Shown here piece by piece: positions 1 to 7,214 of a stretch of DNA of 26,669 bases (its first letter is position 1; every line of letters begins with the position of its first letter). This DNA comes from Actinomycetes bacterium (lineage in GTDB: Bacteria > Actinomycetota > CALGFH01), in assembly GCA_035490035.1 (NCBI GenBank), contig DATHIG010000522.1:1-26669 (forward strand). Reading direction: 5' to 3'. The position numbers were made by a program, and so were the translations under genes. Under the pieces are notes generated by a model that saw nothing but the letters and a program-made list of their open reading frames with translations, made no database searches and was not told where the DNA came from.

Positions 1-2
1 TG

Positions 3-1367
3 ATCGCCTACTACCGGCTCCTCGGCGGGCTGGCCGCGGTGGCGCTGCTCTGCTACGGGCTGCTGTCGTTCGCCGTGCTGCTGGCGCTGCGTTCCACCCT
101 GACCCTGCCCGGGATCGCCGGGTTCGTGCTCGCCATCGGCATGGCCGTTGACGCCAACGTCCTGGTGTTCGAGCGGGCGCGGGAGGAGCACCGGGCCGGG
201 GCCGGCGTCCGCCTCGCCCTTGACCGCGGGTTCAGCAAGGCGCTCAGCGCCATCGCCGACTCCAACGTGACCACGCTGCTGGCCGCCGCCCTGCTGTTCT
301 TCCTGGCCTCGGGGGCGGTCCGCGGGTTCGGGGTGACGCTGTCGGTGGGCGTGCTGGCGTCGATGTTCACCTCGCTGGTGGTGACCCGAGTTCTGGTCGA
401 CCTGGCCGTCCGCGCCGGCCGGGGAAGGCCGCGGCCGGGGCGGCTCGGCCTCGACGGCGGCGGGCGGCTGGCCGCCTGGCTGGCCGGCCGGGACCCCAAC
501 CTGATCGCCAAGGGCCGCTGGTGGCTGGCCGGCTCGCTGGTGGCGCTGGTCCTGGCGACGGCCGGGCTGTTTGTTCGCGGGCCCAACCTGGGCCTGGAGT
601 TCACCGGCGGCCGGTTGCTGGAATACCGCACCCAGCGTCCGGTCGACCTGGAGCGGGCCAGGGCCGCCCTGGCCGAGGCCGGGTTCCCGCGGGCCGTCGT
701 CCAGCGGTCCGGCGACGCCGACCTGACGGTGCGGACAGCGCAGGTCGACCCCGGAGCGGATCGCCGGATCGAGGCGGCGGTCGCCGGGCTGGGGGGCGGC
801 CAGGTCGAGCGCCGCAGAGCCGAGCTGATCGGCCCGACCATCGGCGAGGAGCTTCGCCGCCGGGCGCTGCTCGCCCTCGGCCTCGCCCTGGCCGCGCAGC
901 TGGCCTACCTGGCGGTGCGGTTCCGGTGGACCTTCGGGGCCGCGGCCGTGCTGGCCATGTTCCACGACGTCGCCATCCTGCTCGGCGTGTTCGCCTGGCT
1001 GGGCAAGCCGCTGGACGGGGTGTTCCTGGCCGCCCTGCTGACGGTGATCGGCTACTCGGTCAACGACTCGGTGGTGGTGTTCGACCGCATCCGCGAACGC
1101 CTCAGGAAGCGGACCAGGGAACCGCTGGCCGAGCTGGCCAACACGGCCTGCCTGCAGACCCTCCCCCGCACCGTCGCCACCGGGCTGGGCGCGGTGTTCA
1201 TTCTTGCCGCCCTGTTCCTGTTTGGCGGCGACAGCCTCACCGACTTCGCGCTCGCCCTGCTGATCGGGATCGTCGTGGGCACCTGGTCGTCAGTGCTGGT
1301 CGCCACCCCGCTGCTGGTCGCCTTCGAGGGCGGCCGCCAGCTTCCACCAGGTCGCCGACCTGGGTAG
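3..1367 (+). CDS. secDF: Protein translocase subunit SecDF (fused), 5'-truncated by the window edge
   Basis: Frame is open from position 3. SecD motif LTLPGIAGFVLAIGMAVDANVLVFERAREE and SecF motif GYSVNDSVVVFDRIRE occur in one polypeptide with many TM segments. Confidence 0.95.
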   Translation: MAYYRLLGGLAAVALLCYGLLSFAVLLALRSTLTLPGIAGFVLAIGMAVDANVLVFERAREEHRAGAGVRLALDRGFSKALSAIADSNVTTLLAAALLFFLASGAVRGFGVTLSVGVLASMFTSLVVTRVLVDLAVRAGRGRPRPGRLGLDGGGRLAAWLAGRDPNLIAKGRWWLAGSLVALVLATAGLFVRGPNLGLEFTGGRLLEYRTQRPVDLERARAALAEAGFPRAVVQRSGDADLTVRTAQVDPGADRRIEAAVAGLGGGQVERRRAELIGPTIGEELRRRALLALGLALAAQLAYLAVRFRWTFGAAAVLAMFHDVAILLGVFAWLGKPLDGVFLAALLTVIGYSVNDSVVVFDRIRERLRKRTREPLAELANTACLQTLPRTVATGLGAVFILAALFLFGGDSLTDFALALLIGIVVGTWSSVLVATPLLVAFEGGRQLPPGRRPG

Positions 1368-1509
1368 AACATGGACGTTCGAGGTCACCTATGGCGGCCG
1401 GGAGGTGTCGCGGCAGACCATCACCGGGGAGGAGCTGGCCGGACGGGACTGGACCATCCGGGTCCCGGCCGCGGCCACCGCCGACCTGGAACGGCAGGGA
1501 TCCAGATGA
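1339..1509 (+). pseudogene. Possible 3' remnant of an unidentified gene (56 codons, no start codon)
   Basis: Frame 1 reads SFHQVADLGRTWTFEVTYGGREVSRQTITGEELAGRDWTIRVPAAATADLERQGSR* with strong G/C third-position bias. The frame is closed upstream by TGA at 1261-1263, with no start codon before the coding-like stretch. Confidence 0.35.
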
Positions 1510-1532
1510 GACCCAAGGAGACGGGCACAAGG

Positions 1533-2012
1533 ATGGACATCCAGGAGACCACCCTCCCCGGGGTCGGGCTGCGGCACGACTTCACCACCCGGGCCGGCCG
1601 CCAGCTCGGCGTCGTCACCCACCGCACCGGACGGCGCGACCTGCTGGTGTACGACCGCGAAGACCCCGACACCTGCCAGGAGGTGATCCAGCTCACCGAC
1701 GACGAGGCCGACGCCCTGGCCGAGCTGCTCGGCGCGGCCCGCCTGGTCGAGCACCTGGCCCGGCTGCAGCAGCAGGTCGAGGGGCTGGCGATCGACTGGC
1801 TGCCGATCCGGTCCGGCAGCCCCTACGCCGGCCGCGCCATCGCCGACACCCAGGCCCGCAGCCGCACCGGGGTCTCGATCGTGGCCATCCTGCGGGGCGA
1901 CGGCGCCATCCCCGCGCCCACCCCCGATGTGGGCCTTGACCCGGGCGACACCTTGGTCGTGGTCGGCACCCCCAAGGGCGTCAAGGACCTGAGCCAGCTG
2001 CTGGAGAGCTGA
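1533..2012 (+). CDS. Cation:proton antiporter regulatory subunit, RCK_C/TrkA_C domain (KhtT/CpeA-like)
   Basis: MDIQETTLPGVGLRHDFTT N-terminus typical of the family, C-terminal RCK_C motif (GVSIVAILRG...P.PD..L..GDTLVVVGT). AAGGAG at 1515-1520. Adjacent to a CPA2 antiporter. Confidence 0.9.
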   Translation: MDIQETTLPGVGLRHDFTTRAGRQLGVVTHRTGRRDLLVYDREDPDTCQEVIQLTDDEADALAELLGAARLVEHLARLQQQVEGLAIDWLPIRSGSPYAGRAIADTQARSRTGVSIVAILRGDGAIPAPTPDVGLDPGDTLVVVGTPKGVKDLSQLLES

Positions 2013-2016
2013 CGCC

Positions 2017-3237
2017 GTGCACGGCGCGGCCGTCCTGCTCGAGCTGGGCGGGGTGATCCTCGGGCTGGGCATCCTCGGCCGGCTGGCCGGCCGCTTCGGC
2101 CTCTCCGCCATCCCGCTGTACCTGCTGGCCGGGCTGGCGTTCGGCGAAGGCGGGCTGCTGCCGTTGATCACCGCCCAGGAGTTCATCGAGGTCGGGGCCG
2201 AGGTCGGGGTGATCCTGCTGCTGCTCCTGCTGGGCCTGGAGTACTCCGCCAGTGAGCTGCTGGGCAGCCTGCGCGCCGCCGCCCCGGCCGGCCTGGTCGA
2301 CCTGGTCCTCAACTTCACTCCCGGCCTGGTCGGCGGGCTGCTGCTCGGCTGGTCGCCGCTGGCCGCGGTGGTGCTGGGCGGGGTGACCTACGTCACCTCC
2401 TCGGGGATCGCGGCCAAGGTCCTCGGCGACCTTGGCCGGCTGGGCAACCGTGAGACCCCGGTGGTGCTGTCGATCCTGGTCGTCGAGGACCTGGCCATGG
2501 CCGCCTACCTGCCGCTGGTCACCGGGCTGCTGGTCGGCGGCGGCCTGCTGGCCAGCGCCCTGCCGGTCGGGGTCGCCCTGGTCACGGTGGCGCTGGTGCT
2601 GCTGGTCGCGGTGCGCTACGGCGAGACCCTGAGCCGCCTGGTGTTCAGCTCCAACAGCGAGGTCCTGCTGCTGGTCATCCTCGGCCTTGCCCTGGTGGTG
2701 GCCGGGCTCGCCCAGCAGCTCCAGGTCTCGACCGCGGTCGGGGCGTTCCTGGTCGGCATCGCCCTGTCCGGCGAGGCCGCCGAGGCCGCCCACGACCTGC
2801 TGACCCCCCTGCGCGACCTGTTCGCGGCCGTGTTCTTCGTGTTCTTCGGGCTCCAGACCGACCCGCGCTCGATGCGACCGGTCGTCCTGGCCGCCGCCGT
2901 GCTCGCCGTGGTCACGGCGGTCACCAAGATGGTCACCGGCTGGTGGGCGGCCCGCCGGGTCGGCGTCGGCCCGCGAGGCCGCTGGCGGGCCGGCACCGCG
3001 CTGGTCGCCCGCGGGGAGTTCTCGATCGTGATCGCCGGCCTGGCCGTCACCGCCGGCAACCAGCCAGCCCTCGGCCCCCTGGCCACCGCCTACGTGCTCA
3101 TCCTGGCCGTCCTCGGCCCGATCCTGGCCCGTGCCTCCGAACCGTTGCGGGCCGCCCTGACCACTGCGGTCACAGCTGTTGCAGGGCGGCGATCCGCTCG
3201 GCGACCGGCGGGTGGGTGGAGTCCTCGGGGGCCATGA
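2017..3237 (+). CDS. CPA2-family cation:proton (probably K+/H+) antiporter (KhtU/CpeB-like)
   Basis: 406 aa highly hydrophobic protein with GLE, TSSGI.AKVL.DLGRLGNRE, LVVEDLAM, PLRDLFAAVFF and RGEFS motifs of CPA2 antiporters. Confidence 0.9.
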   Translation: MHGAAVLLELGGVILGLGILGRLAGRFGLSAIPLYLLAGLAFGEGGLLPLITAQEFIEVGAEVGVILLLLLLGLEYSASELLGSLRAAAPAGLVDLVLNFTPGLVGGLLLGWSPLAAVVLGGVTYVTSSGIAAKVLGDLGRLGNRETPVVLSILVVEDLAMAAYLPLVTGLLVGGGLLASALPVGVALVTVALVLLVAVRYGETLSRLVFSSNSEVLLLVILGLALVVAGLAQQLQVSTAVGAFLVGIALSGEAAEAAHDLLTPLRDLFAAVFFVFFGLQTDPRSMRPVVLAAAVLAVVTAVTKMVTGWWAARRVGVGPRGRWRAGTALVARGEFSIVIAGLAVTAGNQPALGPLATAYVLILAVLGPILARASEPLRAALTTAVTAVAGRRSARRPAGGWSPRGP

Positions 3238-3904
3238 TCCACAGGTGGCGCATGCCGGGCCCGCTCGGCGGCTGCTCGCCCCCGGCCAGCTTCCTCAACG
3301 CGCTGACCAGGCCGGGCGGGTAGCGGGTGAGGCGGGCGCCGCCCTCGTCGGCGTCGAACTCGCGCCGGGCCGGGGCGACCAGCCGCAGCACGCCGGGCAC
3401 GCGCCCGAGGGCGACGCCGAGGGTGGCCAGCCGTGCCCCCCAGCTCCAGATGTGGTTGAGCTCGTGGGCCAGCACCCCCTCCAGCTCGACCCGGTTCAGG
3501 CTGGTGAACAGCCCTCGGGTGACGACCAGGGCAGCCCGCTCCGGGTCCCGCCCGACCGAGAAGGCGTTGGCGGCGTCGCTGTCGGCGACGTAGAGCCGGG
3601 GCATGGGCAGCCCGGCCACCTGGGAGAGCCCCTCGACCAGGTTGTGGTAGCGGGGCCAGCGGTCCGGCGCGGCCTCCTGCGCGCCGGCGTCGCGCAGGGC
3701 GGTGCGCTCCCCCACCCCGGGGGCGAACCCGACGACCAGCACGGCCAGCCCCAGCCCGGCGCCGAGCCCACTCACCCCAAGGCCGAGGACCAGGGTGACC
3801 AGCAGGCCGAGCAGGGCCAGGGCGGCGACCACGATGGCGACGCAGACCTGGTAGGCGCGCCGGTTGGCGGCGATCTGCTCCCGCAGGAGGACGAGCGTGC
3901 TCAA
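3170..3904 (-). CDS. M48-family zinc metalloprotease, HtpX-like
   Basis: NAFSVG, HELNH (HExxH), REFDAD third-ligand motif and C-terminal STHPP..ERI. Two N-terminal TM segments. TTG start overlaps the upstream stop (TTGA). Confidence 0.85.
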   Translation of the reverse strand: MSTLVLLREQIAANRRAYQVCVAIVVAALALLGLLVTLVLGLGVSGLGAGLGLAVLVVGFAPGVGERTALRDAGAQEAAPDRWPRYHNLVEGLSQVAGLPMPRLYVADSDAANAFSVGRDPERAALVVTRGLFTSLNRVELEGVLAHELNHIWSWGARLATLGVALGRVPGVLRLVAPARREFDADEGGARLTRYPPGLVSALRKLAGGEQPPSGPGMRHLWIMAPEDSTHPPVAERIAALQQL

Positions 3905-4353
3905 GGAAGGAGGACGATGCCGACCCAGGTGCCGAAGACCACCGAGGCGACCAGCAGGGCGAGGGGGGTGAAGGTGCCGTACGCGCGCCCGAACAGGCCG
4001 GGGCGGGGCTCGTCACCGGCCCGCACGTTGCGGTTGAGCGCGCCGAGCACCGGCAGCAGCAGCACGGCCAGGACCCCCTGGGCGAGCCCGAGCAGCGCCC
4101 CCCAGCCGACGTAGGTGGCCGAGCCGAGCCGCTGGAACACCTGCCGGTAGGCCAGGGCGAGCAGGGCGCCGGCGACGACCTGGAGCAGCACCCCGTAGAT
4201 GTAGACCATGCTGCTGCGCTCCCGCTGCAGCATGCCCCCCTCGAACCGGAGCAGGTCCAGCCGCGTCAGCCGCAGCCCGAGGAACCCGGCGTACACCGTC
4301 GCCGCCACGATCGCCCCGATGATCCCGCCCCACAGGGCCGCCGCCACGTCCAC
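3901..4353 (-). CDS. Hypothetical integral membrane protein (about 4 TM, 150 aa)
   Basis: Strong RBS GAGGAGG before GTG, high GC3, hydrophobic helices, translationally coupled to the M48 gene. Confidence 0.8.
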   Translation of the reverse strand: MDVAAALWGGIIGAIVAATVYAGFLGLRLTRLDLLRFEGGMLQRERSSMVYIYGVLLQVVAGALLALAYRQVFQRLGSATYVGWGALLGLAQGVLAVLLLPVLGALNRNVRAGDEPRPGLFGRAYGTFTPLALLVASVVFGTWVGIVLLP

Positions 4354-4438
4354 GCCGCCTCCTCGACTCGCCCGCTTCCGCGGCGCAGTGTACCGAACGT
4401 CAGTGGCTCGAATCGTTCACCCGGACGGCGAGGTCCAC

Positions 4439-5563
4439 TCAGCGGACCTGGCCGGGTCCGGCGGCCAGGGCGGCCCGGTAGACCTCGGCCACCTCGCCGG
4501 CCACCACCTCCCAGGCGTAGCGGCGGGCGGCCACGGCGGCCGCCTGGCCCATCGCGGCCCGGCGGGCCGGGTTGTCGAGCAGGCCGGCCAGGGCCTCTGC
4601 CAGCGCCTCCGGGTCGCGGGGCGGCACCAGCAGCCCCTCGCTGCCGTCGCGCACCAGGTCCCGGTAGCCGCCGATGTCGGAGCAGACCACCGGCAGGCCG
4701 ACCGCCATCGCCTCGGCCAGGACGATCCCGAACGACTCCCCGCCGAGCGACGGGGCGCAGAACACGTCGGCCGAGGCGTAGTAGGAGGGCAGGTCGGCCT
4801 GGGGCACCGAGCCGACGAACACCAGGTCGGGACGGAGCCGGGGCGGGACCATGGCCATGGCCCTGTCCTGCTGGTGCCCCCGGTCGCGCCCGACCACCAG
4901 CAGCCGAGCAGCCGGGAAGCGCGGCTTCAGCCGCAGGAACGCCCTGACCAGGTAGGCGAGGCCCTTGCGGGGCTCGAGCCGGCCGACGAACAGCACCGTC
5001 GGGCCGCCGGCATTCCAGCCAGGCAGGGGTTGCGGGCCGGCGAAGAACTCGGGCGCAACCCCGTTGGGGACCACCGCCATGGTCCCGCCGAAGTGGCCCT
5101 GCCAGGTGTCGCGGGCCGAGACGCTGACCGCGATCCGGCCGGCAAGGCGGTGGTAGAGCCGGCGCAGCAGCGGGCTGGCGGCCTGCAGGGCGATGGACCG
5201 GTCGAGGTTGGCGTGGAAGGTCCCGACCGTCGGGACGCTGGTGTTGGCCACGGCCAGCAGGCCGACGCTGGGAGACAGCGGCTCGTGGACGTGGAGCAGG
5301 TCGTAGCCGCCTCTGGCCAGCGCCCGGCGGACCTTGACGAGGGTGCGGGGCCCGATGGCGATGCGGGCCACCGAGCCGTTGTAGGGCACGGCCAGCGAAC
5401 CGCCGAGGCCGACGAACCCGGGCTCAAGCACCGGCCGCTCGGCCGGGGCGAGCACGTCGACCTGGTGGCCGAGGCGGCGCAGCTCGGCGGCGAGGGCGCG
5501 CACGTGGTTGCCGACCCCGCCGGGCACGGTCCACTCGTACGGGCAGACCAGGCCGACCTTCAC
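4439..5563 (-). CDS. pimA: GT4 phosphatidyl-myo-inositol alpha-mannosyltransferase
   Basis: VKVGLVCPYEWTVPGGVGNHV N-terminus, HVHEP, FVGRLEPRKG and ESFGIVLAEAMA motifs. GTG at 5563 overlaps the patA stop (GTGA). Position in a pgsA-patA-pimA operon. Confidence 0.88.
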   Translation of the reverse strand: MKVGLVCPYEWTVPGGVGNHVRALAAELRRLGHQVDVLAPAERPVLEPGFVGLGGSLAVPYNGSVARIAIGPRTLVKVRRALARGGYDLLHVHEPLSPSVGLLAVANTSVPTVGTFHANLDRSIALQAASPLLRRLYHRLAGRIAVSVSARDTWQGHFGGTMAVVPNGVAPEFFAGPQPLPGWNAGGPTVLFVGRLEPRKGLAYLVRAFLRLKPRFPAARLLVVGRDRGHQQDRAMAMVPPRLRPDLVFVGSVPQADLPSYYASADVFCAPSLGGESFGIVLAEAMAVGLPVVCSDIGGYRDLVRDGSEGLLVPPRDPEALAEALAGLLDNPARRAAMGQAAAVAARRYAWEVVAGEVAEVYRAALAAGPGQVR

Positions 5564-6453
5564 GCCGTGCTCCGGAAGTAGCGGCTGAGGACGTGCCACT
5601 GCTCGGGCGCCTCGGCGATCAGCAGCTCGAACTCGTCGGCCAGGCGCTGGGTCAGGGCGACCGCGTCCTTGCGGGTGTCACCGGACGGCGCCGGTTGCAG
5701 CGGCGGGTGGACCACGGCCCGCCAGTGGCCGGGCCGGCGGTCGTGGTAGACGGCGCAGGGCAGCAGGGCGGCGCCGGTCCTGAGGGCGATCGAGGCCGGC
5801 CCGCCGGGCATCACCGCCGACGCCCCGAACAGCCGGACCTCGAGGCCGCCGCCGGTCAGGTCGCGGTCGCAGACCAGGCAGGCCAGGCGGCCGGCGCGCA
5901 GCGCCCGCATCACCCCGCGCAGCGTCTCGGTCCCGTCGTCCAGCGGCAGCAGCTCCAGGCCAAGGGCCCTGCGGTAGACGGCGAAGCGCTCGTACAGCTC
6001 GGCCGGCCGCAACCGCTCGACGACCGCGGTGGCCGGGTAGCCGCTGGCGGCCAGCCAGGCCCCCCCGGCGTCCCAGTTGCCGATGTGGGGGCTGGCGAAG
6101 ATCGCTCCCCTGCCCGTGGCCAGGGCGGCGTCGATGTGCTCGCGGCCCACGATGCGCAGCCGGTCGCGGATCTGCCCGGCCGTCAGGTCCTCGAGCCGGA
6201 ACGCCTCCACCCAGTACCGGCCGTAGGTGGCGAAGCCGCGCCGGACCACCCGATGCAGCTCCCGCGACCCGACCCCCGGCCCCAGCACCCGGGCCAGGTT
6301 GGCCCGCAGGGCCTCCCGGCGCCCACGGTCCAGCCGGTGCTGGACCCGCGCTCCGATCCCCCCGAGCGCGAACGCCACCGGCTCAGGGAGTTGCCGCACC
6401 AGCTTCCAGGCGGCCAGCCAGCGGCGACTCGCCGCTTGGCTGTTGGAGGTCAC
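5560..6453 (-). CDS. patA: Phosphatidylinositol mannoside acyltransferase (lipid A lauroyl-acyltransferase-like family)
   Basis: YGRYWVEAFRL, PHIGNWD (H-x4-D), LVCDRDL and PEQWH motifs. GTG at 6453 overlaps the pgsA stop. Confidence 0.88.
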   Translation of the reverse strand: MTSNSQAASRRWLAAWKLVRQLPEPVAFALGGIGARVQHRLDRGRREALRANLARVLGPGVGSRELHRVVRRGFATYGRYWVEAFRLEDLTAGQIRDRLRIVGREHIDAALATGRGAIFASPHIGNWDAGGAWLAASGYPATAVVERLRPAELYERFAVYRRALGLELLPLDDGTETLRGVMRALRAGRLACLVCDRDLTGGGLEVRLFGASAVMPGGPASIALRTGAALLPCAVYHDRRPGHWRAVVHPPLQPAPSGDTRKDAVALTQRLADEFELLIAEAPEQWHVLSRYFRSTA

Positions 6454-7046
6454 CTGCCGATGTCCGGCCCGACGTCGGATTGCTGCCAGACGACCAGGAT
6501 GCGCTGGACCACGGTGATGGCGGTGCCGGCGACCAGCACCCACAACCCGGCTTCGGCGTGCCCGAGCAGCAGGGCGATGCCGAGCACGATGACCCGCTCG
6601 GGACGCTCGGCGATGCCGACGTTGCAGGCGAACCCCAGCGACTCGGCCCGCGCCTTGATGTAGGAGACGATCAGCGACAGGCCGAGCACCAGACCGGCCA
6701 GCATGGCCATGCCGCCCAGGTCCCGGACCACGGCGAACCAGATGACGCCGGCGAGCACGGCCGCGTCCGACAGCCGGTCCACGACCGAGTCCAGGAACGC
6801 GCCCCGGCGGGACATCCGGCCGGAGGCTTTGGCGACCGCGCCGTCGAGCATGTCGGGGAGCCCGGAGAGCAGGCTGACCGCCCCGCCGATCACTGGCTGG
6901 CCGGTGGCGATGAGGGCGCCGGCGCCGAGGCTGCCGGCCAGCCCGACCGCGGTCAGGCTGTTGGCGGTGATGCCGGCCTTGGCCAGGGCGTGGCCGGCCG
7001 GCTCGGTGACGTGGCGGAAGGTGTCGCGGGCCTTTGACGAGAGCAC
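6450..7046 (-). CDS. pgsA: CDP-alcohol phosphatidyltransferase (phosphatidylinositol-phosphate synthase)
   Basis: CDP-OH signature DMLDGAVAK...GAFLDSVVDRLSD, plus SYIKARAESLG and ERPER motifs. Start taken at GTG 7046; ATG 7088 or GTG 7112 are alternatives. Confidence 0.9.
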   Translation of the reverse strand: MLSSKARDTFRHVTEPAGHALAKAGITANSLTAVGLAGSLGAGALIATGQPVIGGAVSLLSGLPDMLDGAVAKASGRMSRRGAFLDSVVDRLSDAAVLAGVIWFAVVRDLGGMAMLAGLVLGLSLIVSYIKARAESLGFACNVGIAERPERVIVLGIALLLGHAEAGLWVLVAGTAITVVQRILVVWQQSDVGPDIGR

Positions 7047-7102
7047 GGGATGACCTGACGTGACGGGGGCGCTCTGGAGAGCGCCCATGCTGGACGTTGG
7101 GG

Positions 7103-7132
7103 AGGCTAGCACTCCTTGTAGACCCGGCTCAA
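7103..7132 (-). promoter_or_regulatory. Putative housekeeping-sigma promoter for pgsA-patA-pimA
   Basis: Minus strand TTGAGC (7132-7127), 18-nt spacer, TAGCCT (7108-7103). Resembles the actinobacterial TTGACN-N17/18-TANNNT consensus. Confidence 0.4.
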
Positions 7133-7214
7133 CGACGACCGGTTACGGCAATATGCGGTGGTAGCATCGCCGCTCCCGGGCGACACCGGCGAAAACGAGG
7201 GAGGCTGGCTGCCT

